From NCBI GenBank assembly GCA_934444645.1, contig CAKSCV010000002.1, forward strand, positions 70,464 through 134,463: a stretch of 64,000 bases of DNA, written 5' to 3'. The translations under genes were made by a program, and so were the position numbers. Of the stretch, positions 30,248 through 41,909 are shown in pieces (the first letter of the stretch is position 1; every line of letters starts with the position of its first letter). The notes below the pieces were generated by a model. The model saw only the letters and a program-made list of their open reading frames with translations, did not search any database and was not told where the DNA came from. This DNA comes from an uncultured Eubacteriales bacterium (GTDB lineage Bacteria > Bacillota > Clostridia > Oscillospirales > CAG-382).

Positions 30248-31036
30248 ATGGAATGGAGCAAAATTTGCGTGACCGATATTACACGCGTTATCTATGTTTC
30301 AGCCGAAGAGTATAAAGAAAAAAGCACACGGTTTCAAGCACCGCTGCGATCAAATGAATTGATTTACGTTTTATCCGGAGAAAACCTTGTCAATTTCAAC
30401 GGAACGCATATGCATTGCAGAGGAGGAGATGTTCGCTTCTTGCCGAAAGGAAAGACGGATATCTATACGGTTGAGCGAATTGTTCACGGTGATTGTATCG
30501 ATGTTTTTTTTGACACAGCCGAACCGGTAGCGGAAAAAGCATTTTTGCTTCATACAACCAATCTGAGTCTTGAAACGGTCTTTCGACGCATTTTCTTAAC
30601 ATGGCAAAAAAAGGATACCGGCTTCTTGCCGCGCTGTATGAGCGATCTGTATACGATTTTTGCTGAACTGGAAAAAGTAAATTACTTGCCGGAGGAAAAC
30701 TACGAAAAGATACGCCCGGCGATCGATTTCATTAACCGGAGCTTTACAAAACCAAAGAATGAGCTGAATATGGTGATGTTAGCCGACCTGTGCGGCATCA
30801 GCTCATCGTATCTCAAGCAGCTGTTTATCCGCAAGTTTTCATTGTCGCCCAAGCAGTATATTCTGAAACGAAAGACGGATTATGCGTGTGAGCTTCTTCT
30901 GTCGGGCTATTACAGCGTCGCTTCCGTGGCCGCCGCGCTTGGATACGAGAACGTATACTATTTCAGCCGCGCGTTCAAAAAAATGACCGGTGCTTCGCCG
31001 ACAGAATATCAAAAGAAATATATTTCAAGCAAATAG
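30248..31036 (+). CDS. AraC/XylS-family transcriptional regulator, divergent from the GRE operon
   Basis: N-terminal cupin-like domain and C-terminal HTH signature 'LADLCGISSSYLKQLFIRKF...GYENVYYFSRAFKKMTGASPTEY'. Confidence 0.9.
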   Translation: MEWSKICVTDITRVIYVSAEEYKEKSTRFQAPLRSNELIYVLSGENLVNFNGTHMHCRGGDVRFLPKGKTDIYTVERIVHGDCIDVFFDTAEPVAEKAFLLHTTNLSLETVFRRIFLTWQKKDTGFLPRCMSDLYTIFAELEKVNYLPEENYEKIRPAIDFINRSFTKPKNELNMVMLADLCGISSSYLKQLFIRKFSLSPKQYILKRKTDYACELLLSGYYSVASVAAALGYENVYYFSRAFKKMTGASPTEYQKKYISSK

Positions 31037-31090
31037 GGGAGAATCCTACGGGATTTTTTGAAAAATTGCCGCTAATTTCAAAAAGTTTCC

Positions 31091-31119
31091 TTGTAATGTT
31101 CACTTTCGCCTTGTATACT
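31091..31119 (+). promoter_or_regulatory. Sigma-A-type promoter upstream of the preQ1 riboswitch/queT
   Basis: TTGTAA (31091-31096), a 17-nt spacer, then TATACT (31114-31119). Confidence 0.6.
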
Positions 31120-31125
31120 TATCAC

Positions 31126-31168
31126 AGTGAGTTCGTAACCATCCTCACTTAAAACAAAACTAAGGAGA
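31126..31168 (+). promoter_or_regulatory. preQ1-I riboswitch (translational, SD-sequestering type)
   Basis: AGUGAG-UUCGUAACCAUC-CUCAC-UUAAAACAAAACUAAGGAG. This is a 5-bp P1 (GUGAG/CUCAC) followed by an A-rich tail ending in the SD. It closely resembles the known B. subtilis (AGAGGUUCUAGCUACACCCUCUAUAAAAAACUAAGG) and T. tengcongensis (CUGGGUCGCAGUAACCCCAGUUAACAAAACAAGG) aptamers, and it sits directly upstream of a queT gene. Confidence 0.75.
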
Positions 31169-31177
31169 CAATCGAAT

Positions 31178-31669
31178 ATGGTACAGAAAAAAACAAAAAC
31201 TTTGGTAACCGGTGCAATCATTGCGGCACTGTATGTCGTGCTTACGTTTCTTGCAAACGCTTTCGGCCTTGCAAGCGGCGTGATTCAGGTGCGTATTTCG
31301 GAGGCACTCAATGTACTTGTATGCTTTACCGGTGCGGCGGTTCCGGGCGTAACGGTCGGCTGCCTGCTTGCCAACCTCTTGACCGGCGGCATCGTTATGG
31401 ATGTCATTTTTGGAACGCTTGCCTCGTTCATCGGCGCGTTCGGCGGCTATCTGCTTCGCAAAAATCGCTTGTTGGCACTGTTGTGTCCGATACTTTCCAA
31501 CACGCTCATCGTGCCGTTTGTGTTGAAATTCGCGTATGGAGCACCTGATGCCATTTGGTTCTTATTCGGATCAGTTGCTGTCGGTGAAGTGATTTCCTGC
31601 GGCATACTCGGTTTTTTGCTCGGCCATGTACTCGATCGATACGGTAAAAATCGCTTATTTCATAAATAG
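31178..31669 (+). CDS. queT: Queuosine-precursor transporter QueT
   Basis: A 163-aa, 5-TM protein with the typical QueT N-terminus 'TKTLVTGAIIAALYVVLTF...IQVRISEAL'. It is preceded by a preQ1 riboswitch. Confidence 0.85.
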   Translation: MVQKKTKTLVTGAIIAALYVVLTFLANAFGLASGVIQVRISEALNVLVCFTGAAVPGVTVGCLLANLLTGGIVMDVIFGTLASFIGAFGGYLLRKNRLLALLCPILSNTLIVPFVLKFAYGAPDAIWFLFGSVAVGEVISCGILGFLLGHVLDRYGKNRLFHK

Positions 31670-31686
31670 AATAAGGAAGTGATACT

Positions 31687-33525
31687 TTGAAAGAAGTCAA
31701 AACACCGAAAAAGCCGATCATCTCGTATTACCTCATCATTTTGGCGGTTATGTTGCTCTTCAATTTTCTGATCATGCCGTCTTTTGCTTCGCGCCAGATA
31801 AAGAGCGCGGATTACGGCAATTTTATGAAAATGACCGAAGAGGGAAAAATCGACAAGGTTCAGGTTGAGGACGAACAGATTTTGTTCACCCTTAAGGACA
31901 GCAAAACCGTCTATAAAACGGGTCGGATGGATGACCCGAACCTGACCGAACGCCTCTACAACGCCGGTATTACCAGCTTTAACAAAGAGATCGTCGAACA
32001 GATGTCTCCGCTTCTTTCGCTCATTCTTTCATGGGTGCTCCCGATAGCTATTTTTGCGCTGTTGGGACACTATATGTCCAAAAAGCTCATGGACAAGGCC
32101 GGCGGCGGAAATGCCATGATGTTCGGCATGGGAAAAAGCAATGCCAAAATCTATGTCCAATCGACTGAAGGCATCAAATTTTCCGATGTTGCCGGTGAGG
32201 ACGAAGCAAAAGAGAATTTAACCGAAATTGTCAATTATCTCCACAATCCCGATAAGTATAAGGAAATCGGCGCTTCCATGCCGAAAGGCATCCTGCTTGT
32301 CGGCCCGCCCGGTACCGGTAAAACCATGCTTGCCAAAGCGGTTGCCGGCGAATCCAATGTGCCGTTCTTTTCGATGAGCGGTTCGGAATTCGTGGAAATG
32401 TTTGTCGGCATGGGCGCATCCAAGGTGCGTGACCTGTTCAAACAGGCTAAAGAAAAAGCACCGTGTATCGTGTTTATCGATGAAATTGATGCTATCGGCA
32501 AAAAGCGCGACGGTCAGTTTTCCGGCAACGACGAACGCGAGCAGACATTAAACCAGCTGCTTACCGAAATGGATGGCTTTGAGGGCAACAACGGCGTTAT
32601 CATTCTCGCCGCAACCAACCGACCCGAATCGCTTGACCCGGCGTTGACGCGTCCCGGCCGTTTTGACAGACGCGTTCCGGTTGAACTGCCCGACCTTAAG
32701 GGCCGCGAGGCGATTTTGAAGGTTCATGCCGCCAAAATCAAAACCATGCCCGGTATCGATTATCTGAAAATCGCGCGTATGGCGTCCGGTGCCTCCGGCG
32801 CAGAGCTTGCCAACATCGTTAACGAAGCCGCGCTTCGTGCGGTGCGTGCCGGCAGAAAAGCTGCCGATCAGGCGGATATGGAAGAAAGCATTGAAGTGGT
32901 CATTGCCGGTTATCAGAAGAAAAACGCTATTTTGACCGATAAAGAAAAAATGATCGTTGCGTATCATGAAATCGGTCATGCGCTCGTTGCGGCAAAACAG
33001 AGCCATTCCGCGCCGGTACAGAAGATTACCATTGTTCCGCGTACCTCCGGCGCACTCGGCTACACCATGCAGGTGGACGAGGGCAACCACTATTTGATGA
33101 GCAAAGAAGAGATCGAAAACAAGATTGCCACCTTTACAGGCGGCAGAGCGGCTGAAGAGCTGATTTTCGGCTCGGTCACGACCGGTGCGTCCAACGATAT
33201 CGAACAGGCGACTAAGCTTGCTCGCGCCATGATCACGCGCTACGGCATGAGCGAGGATTTCGATATGGTGGCACTAGAAACGGTTTCCAACCAATATCTC
33301 GGCGGCGACGCGTCGCTTGCCTGCTCGGCAGAAACGCAGACGCTCATTGACCGGAAAGTGGTGGAGCTTGTTAAAAAGCAGCACGAAAAAGCCTTCAAAA
33401 TCTTGGAAGAAAACCGTGCCAAACTTAATGAACTTGCCAAGTTCTTATATGAATCGGAAACCATCACGGGCGAACAGTTTATGGAGATTTTGGAGCGTCA
33501 GGACGACACTGCTGCAAATGGTTGA
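31687..33525 (+). CDS. ftsH: ATP-dependent zinc metalloprotease FtsH
   Basis: Two N-terminal TM helices, Walker A 'GPPGTGKT', Walker B 'IVFIDEID', SRH '[19 protein letters not shown]', and zinc site 'HEIGHA'. TTG start. Confidence 0.97.
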   Translation: MKEVKTPKKPIISYYLIILAVMLLFNFLIMPSFASRQIKSADYGNFMKMTEEGKIDKVQVEDEQILFTLKDSKTVYKTGRMDDPNLTERLYNAGITSFNKEIVEQMSPLLSLILSWVLPIAIFALLGHYMSKKLMDKAGGGNAMMFGMGKSNAKIYVQSTEGIKFSDVAGEDEAKENLTEIVNYLHNPDKYKEIGASMPKGILLVGPPGTGKTMLAKAVAGESNVPFFSMSGSEFVEMFVGMGASKVRDLFKQAKEKAPCIVFIDEIDAIGKKRDGQFSGNDEREQTLNQLLTEMDGFEGNNGVIILAATNRPESLDPALTRPGRFDRRVPVELPDLKGREAILKVHAAKIKTMPGIDYLKIARMASGASGAELANIVNEAALRAVRAGRKAADQADMEESIEVVIAGYQKKNAILTDKEKMIVAYHEIGHALVAAKQSHSAPVQKITIVPRTSGALGYTMQVDEGNHYLMSKEEIENKIATFTGGRAAEELIFGSVTTGASNDIEQATKLARAMITRYGMSEDFDMVALETVSNQYLGGDASLACSAETQTLIDRKVVELVKKQHEKAFKILEENRAKLNELAKFLYESETITGEQFMEILERQDDTAANG

Positions 33526-33611
33526 GTTCTGACAACACTTGTGCTTTTGCATAAATATGTGCGAAAGCACAAAAAATATTTGTGAAAAACGGCGTTTTTT
33601 GCAAAAAGCTC

Positions 33612-33640
33612 TTGCATTTTCATTGAAAATGCGCTATAAT
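33612..33640 (+). promoter_or_regulatory. Sigma-A-type promoter upstream of gltBD
   Basis: TTGCAT (33612-33617), a 17-nt spacer, then TATAAT (33635-33640). Confidence 0.7.
33614..33632. promoter_or_regulatory. Perfect 8-3-8 inverted repeat in the gltBD promoter spacer (candidate operator)
   Basis: GCATTTTC (33614-33621), ATT, then GAAAATGC (33625-33632). It spans from the -35 hexamer almost to the -10 hexamer. Confidence 0.4.
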
Positions 33641-33654
33641 ACAAACATAACAAA

Positions 33655-33692
33655 GGTGTTATTTCCTTCGGGAAATAATGCCTTTTTTGTTT
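33655..33692 (+). terminator. Terminator-like hairpin in the gltBD leader (candidate attenuator)
   Basis: A 12-bp stem GGTGTTATTTCC (33655-33666) / GGAAATAATGCC (33671-33682) with a UUCG tetraloop, followed by TTTTTTGTTTT. It lies between the promoter (-10 ends at 33640) and the gltB ATG (33729). Confidence 0.7.
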
Positions 33693-33728
33693 TCCATGAT
33701 TACAGAAGGACATCGGAGGACGAGAAAC

Positions 33729-38438
<4,710 letters not shown>

Positions 38439-38455
38439 GGAAGGAGTGAGCGATT

Positions 38456-39928
38456 ATGGGAAAATCTACCGGATTTCTTGAATACGAAAGACAGCTTCCA
38501 AAGGATCGCCCGGTATCCGAGCGCATCTGTGACTGGGACGAATTCCACACGCATTTCGACGAGAAGTCGCTTCGTCTGCAAGGCGCGCGCTGCATGGATT
38601 GCGGCGTGCCGTTCTGCCATACCGGAAAAATGGTTTGCGGTATGGCAATGGGCTGCCCGTTACACAATCTGATCCCCGAATGGAACGACCTTGTCTACCG
38701 CGGTGAATATGAGCTTGCCTACAAACGCTTGTCGCTTACCAACAATTTTCCGGAGTTTACTGGTCGCGTGTGTCCGGCACCGTGCGAGGGTTCCTGCACG
38801 GTCGGAATGCATGGAAATCCCGTAACGGTGCGCAACAATGAGTGTCACATTATCGATAAAATGTTTGAGCTCGATAAAATTGTTCCGCGAATTCCCAAAG
38901 TTTTTACCGGTAAACGCGTAGCGGTGGTCGGTTCGGGTCCGTCGGGTCTTGCGTGCGCCGATACGCTCAACCAAATGGGGCATATCGTTACGGTTTTTGA
39001 GCGTGCCGACCGTGCGGGCGGTCTGTTAATGTATGGCATTCCGAATATGAAGCTTGACAAAAAGGTCGTAAAGCGGCGTGTCGAGTTAATGCAAAAAGAA
39101 GGCGTTAAGTTTAAGCTGAATACCGAAATCGGAAAAAACTATCCGGTTGTTAAGCTGCTAAACGATTTTGATGCCGTGGTGCTTTGCTGCGGTGCAACCA
39201 AACCGCGTGCCTTAACGTGTGAGGGCGCGGACGCCAAAGGCGTCTATTATGCCGTGGATTTCTTAAAGGCCAATACCAAGAGCCTTTTGGATTCCGGGTT
39301 GACCGATGGAACTGAGATCAGTGCTGCCGATAAAAACGTTGTGATCATCGGCGGCGGCGATACCGGCACCGACTGTGTGGCAACCTCGATTCGGCACGGC
39401 TGCAAAAGCGTTGTGCAATTGGAGATCATGCCGGAGCTTCCCGAAACTCGTGGGGAAAACAATCCGTGGCCGCAGTATCCGCGTGTCAAAAAGACCGATT
39501 ACGGTCAAGAAGAGGCAATTGAGGTATTCGGTGCCGATCCGCGCGAATATCTGACAACGGTTACAAAAATCGTCAAAGACGATGCCGGTGCCGTCAAAGA
39601 GGTGCACACCGTCAATGTCACATGGAAAAAGGACAAAAACGGCCGTATGAACGCACAGCCCGTTCCGGGCAGCGAAAAAGTGCGTCCGTGCGAGCTGCTG
39701 CTCGTGGCGATGGGCTTTGTCGGCCCGGAACAGAGCCTTGTGACGGAATTGTCGCTCGATACCGATGCGCGAAGCAATATCAAAGCCGATGAAACAACCC
39801 ATCGCACCAATTTGGCAGGCATTTTTGCCGCAGGCGACTGCCGCCGCGGACAAAGCTTGGTCGTATGGGCGATACGCGAGGGCAGAGAAGCCGCACAGGC
39901 GGTCAACGACTATCTGCAAAATAAATAA
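38456..39928 (+). CDS. gltD: Glutamate synthase small subunit (NADPH-dependent)
   Basis: N-terminal Fe-S cysteines ('CMDCGVPFC', 'CPAPCEGSC') and two dinucleotide folds ('VAVVGSGPSGLA', 'VVIIGGGDTGTDC'). Confidence 0.93.
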   Translation: MGKSTGFLEYERQLPKDRPVSERICDWDEFHTHFDEKSLRLQGARCMDCGVPFCHTGKMVCGMAMGCPLHNLIPEWNDLVYRGEYELAYKRLSLTNNFPEFTGRVCPAPCEGSCTVGMHGNPVTVRNNECHIIDKMFELDKIVPRIPKVFTGKRVAVVGSGPSGLACADTLNQMGHIVTVFERADRAGGLLMYGIPNMKLDKKVVKRRVELMQKEGVKFKLNTEIGKNYPVVKLLNDFDAVVLCCGATKPRALTCEGADAKGVYYAVDFLKANTKSLLDSGLTDGTEISAADKNVVIIGGGDTGTDCVATSIRHGCKSVVQLEIMPELPETRGENNPWPQYPRVKKTDYGQEEAIEVFGADPREYLTTVTKIVKDDAGAVKEVHTVNVTWKKDKNGRMNAQPVPGSEKVRPCELLLVAMGFVGPEQSLVTELSLDTDARSNIKADETTHRTNLAGIFAAGDCRRGQSLVVWAIREGREAAQAVNDYLQNK

Positions 39929-39952
39929 GCTTTCCACCTTTGCAAGTGAGAA

Positions 39953-40010
39953 TAAAAAAGCAAACAGCGCGTACTTTGAAAAAATCAAGGTATGCGCTGT
40001 TTGTTTGAGA
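39953..40010. terminator. Bidirectional intrinsic terminator (gltD on +, lipoprotein gene on -)
   Basis: CAAACAGCGCGTAC (39961-39974) / GTATGCGCTGTTTG (39990-40003). The minus strand has a strong T-run (reverse complement of AATAAAAAAG, 39951-39960). The + strand has a weaker TTTGAGAACGTTTT. Confidence 0.75.
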
Positions 40011-40025
40011 ACGTTTTCGGACGGC

Positions 40026-40253
40026 TTATTCAGTGACAGTCTCTTCAACGCCGAAGAAAGCGTCGGCATCAACTTTTGTCTTGTTATCAAAGCATTTTTT
40101 GTAGCAGGAGGAACAAAGGTTGATCTCGCCATCCATATAGGAATATTTGTCCGAGCAGCTCTTTTCACACATATTGCACGTTTTGGAACCGCACGAGGTG
40201 AGAACTGCCGCAACGCTGAGAGCGGCAAGCAGGCAGAATAAGGCTTTTTTCAT
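40026..40253 (-). CDS. Small Cys-rich lipoprotein (75 aa)
   Basis: Signal peptide with lipobox 'VLTSC'. The mature part contains two copies of CX2CX3C ('CNMCEKSC', 'CSSCYKKC'). SD 'AAGGAG' lies 9 nt upstream, and the gene has its own strong promoter. Confidence 0.6.
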   Translation of the reverse strand: MKKALFCLLAALSVAAVLTSCGSKTCNMCEKSCSDKYSYMDGEINLCSSCYKKCFDNKTKVDADAFFGVEETVTE

Positions 40254-40291
40254 AATGCTGTACTCCTTCGGATATCCGTATAATTTATTTT

Positions 40292-40320
40292 ACTATACCA
40301 CAATTCCGGCGAAATGTCAA
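40292..40320 (-). promoter_or_regulatory. Sigma-A-type promoter of the small lipoprotein gene
   Basis: On the minus strand: TTGACA (40320-40315), a 17-nt spacer, then TATAGT (40297-40292), with an extended -10 TG. It starts 4 nt after the rodA-family stop codon. Confidence 0.7.
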
Positions 40321-40323
40321 GCA

Positions 40324-41748
40324 CTACCTGCCAAAGAACGTTTGCTCTTTGTGAGTGCTGACCGAAAGCACTAACCCAATGGCGATATACGTGCTTAAAG
40401 CGGATGAGCCGCCATAGCTTAAGAAAGGAAGCGTAATGCCGATGACCGGCAAAATACCGAGACACATTCCGATGTTTTCGATGATTTGGATCACAAACAT
40501 GGCTGCAACACCGGTGCAGACTAAGCAGCCGAACGTGTTTTCCGAACGTATGGCAACCAAAATAATACGCACGACCAAAAAGATGTACAGACCGATGATG
40601 ACAAGTGCGCCGATGAAGCCGAATTCTTCACAGATGGTGGCAAAGATCATATCGGTGTGTTTGGCAGAAAAATTGCCTTGTGTGATTTTTCCGTGCATAT
40701 AACCGCTTCCGTCAATGCCGCCGAGGCTGATGGCAGTCATGCTTCGCACGGCTTGATGGCGGACCCCGATGGCGTTCGGGTCGATGGAAATGTCGTAAGG
40801 CGCTAAAATTCGCTGTTTTTGAAAGTAATTTAGCTTTGTCCAGATGAACGGCGAAGCGGCAACAATTCCGGCAATGCCGGCAATGAAATACCAAATGTTT
40901 AAGTTCCCGGCAAAGCACATGACCGCAAAGATAAACAAAAAGATGGTGAGCGTTCCGAGGTCCTTCTGCAAAAACGTTAATCCGATGATAATGGCAGCGT
41001 GCAAAAATAAGGTCATTGCGGTGAAAAACTTGTTGATACGGTCGCGCACAAAATATAAGTGTGCGGCAAACGAGTAGATGAACAAAATTTTGGCAAATTC
41101 CGACGGCTGGATCTTGATAAAGCCCAAATTGATCCAGTTCGCGTTGGTTTTGTCAGTAACACCTTCGCCGAAAACGTATGTAAATAAAAGCAAGGCAACG
41201 TTCAAAAGTATAACTAATCGGTATTTTTTAGCAAACTGGCGGTAGTCGATGAAGGAAAGGGCGGTCATCAACACGATACCCAAAACGGCGGCGACCGACT
41301 GAATGATCACATAACGGTTTCGGCCATAGGAGAGTGTCGCGCTGTATACGGCAAGAATACCGAAACCGGCAAGCAGTGCAACAACGGCCAAAAGCTTGCG
41401 GTCGATGGATTCAATGTGTTGTTTGAGTTGAACGCGGAGAAAATTCCGCTTGATTTCAATGGGATTTTTCGGTGCTGTCGGCAACGCCGGCGCGGGCTTT
41501 AAGGTCAGTGTGCGCACCGGACGGCGCATTTTGCGTATTGAAGAGGAGCCTTCATGCTTGCCGGCTAAAAGACGATTGCGGCGCCGTTCAGCTTCAAGCG
41601 GCGAAAGAAGTCTGCCGCTTCCGACCGCGTTGACACGCGCATAGGTAATCAGATTGACTTCGTATTTTTTTTGAGACGGATCGGTGCTTTCGCCGGTTTT
41701 GACGATTTTTTTGGCGGTTCGGAATTTGGCGGCAGTGCCTTGCGGCAT
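40324..41748 (-). CDS. FtsW/RodA/SpoVE-family peptidoglycan glycosyltransferase (SEDS) with a long basic N-terminal extension
   Basis: C-terminal ~370 aa are a typical 10-TM SEDS protein ('NWINLGFIKIQPSEFAK', 'HTDMIFATICEEFGFIG', 'LPFLSYGGSS'). ATG 41748 sits behind SD 'AAGGAGG'. The track ORF start at 41847 runs through the promoter. Confidence 0.88.
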   Translation of the reverse strand: MPQGTAAKFRTAKKIVKTGESTDPSQKKYEVNLITYARVNAVGSGRLLSPLEAERRRNRLLAGKHEGSSSIRKMRRPVRTLTLKPAPALPTAPKNPIEIKRNFLRVQLKQHIESIDRKLLAVVALLAGFGILAVYSATLSYGRNRYVIIQSVAAVLGIVLMTALSFIDYRQFAKKYRLVILLNVALLLFTYVFGEGVTDKTNANWINLGFIKIQPSEFAKILFIYSFAAHLYFVRDRINKFFTAMTLFLHAAIIIGLTFLQKDLGTLTIFLFIFAVMCFAGNLNIWYFIAGIAGIVAASPFIWTKLNYFQKQRILAPYDISIDPNAIGVRHQAVRSMTAISLGGIDGSGYMHGKITQGNFSAKHTDMIFATICEEFGFIGALVIIGLYIFLVVRIILVAIRSENTFGCLVCTGVAAMFVIQIIENIGMCLGILPVIGITLPFLSYGGSSALSTYIAIGLVLSVSTHKEQTFFGR

Positions 41749-41782
41749 GGCGAAGACCTCCTTTCGTTGATGCGTTTTTATT

Positions 41783-41811
41783 ATTATACACGAATTCTGT
41801 GTCAATGTAAA
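41783..41811 (-). promoter_or_regulatory. Sigma-A-type promoter of the SEDS gene
   Basis: On the minus strand: TTTACA (41811-41806), a 17-nt spacer, then TATAAT (41788-41783). Confidence 0.6.
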
Positions 41812-41833
41812 TACAAAATTTGCAAAAAACTTG

Positions 41834-41862
41834 TTGCAAATATCCATGGCTTATGTTATAAT
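41834..41862 (+). promoter_or_regulatory. Sigma-A-type promoter of the GH32 gene
   Basis: TTGCAA (41834-41839), a 17-nt spacer, then TATAAT (41857-41862), with an extended -10 TG (TGtTATAAT). Confidence 0.65.
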
Positions 41863-41909
41863 ACAAAAAAATTGAATACGCGTTTTAATCGGAGAAGGAG
41901 TTGCTGCGT

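Noticed and set aside
33614-33632. The inverted repeat in the gltBD promoter resembles a CodY box (AATTTTCWGAAAATT).
   Set aside because: The half-sites TTTTC/GAAAA are separated by 3 nt rather than 1. Any register gives at least 5 mismatches to the 15-nt consensus, so I keep it only as an unassigned candidate operator.
39263-40228. A 321-aa minus-strand ORF spanning the 3' end of gltD, the terminator and the lipoprotein gene.
   Set aside because: It is antisense to a strongly supported gltD and runs straight through a terminator hairpin. The translation is low-complexity (A/R/C/F-rich) with no motif. This is a typical shadow ORF of a codon-biased gene.
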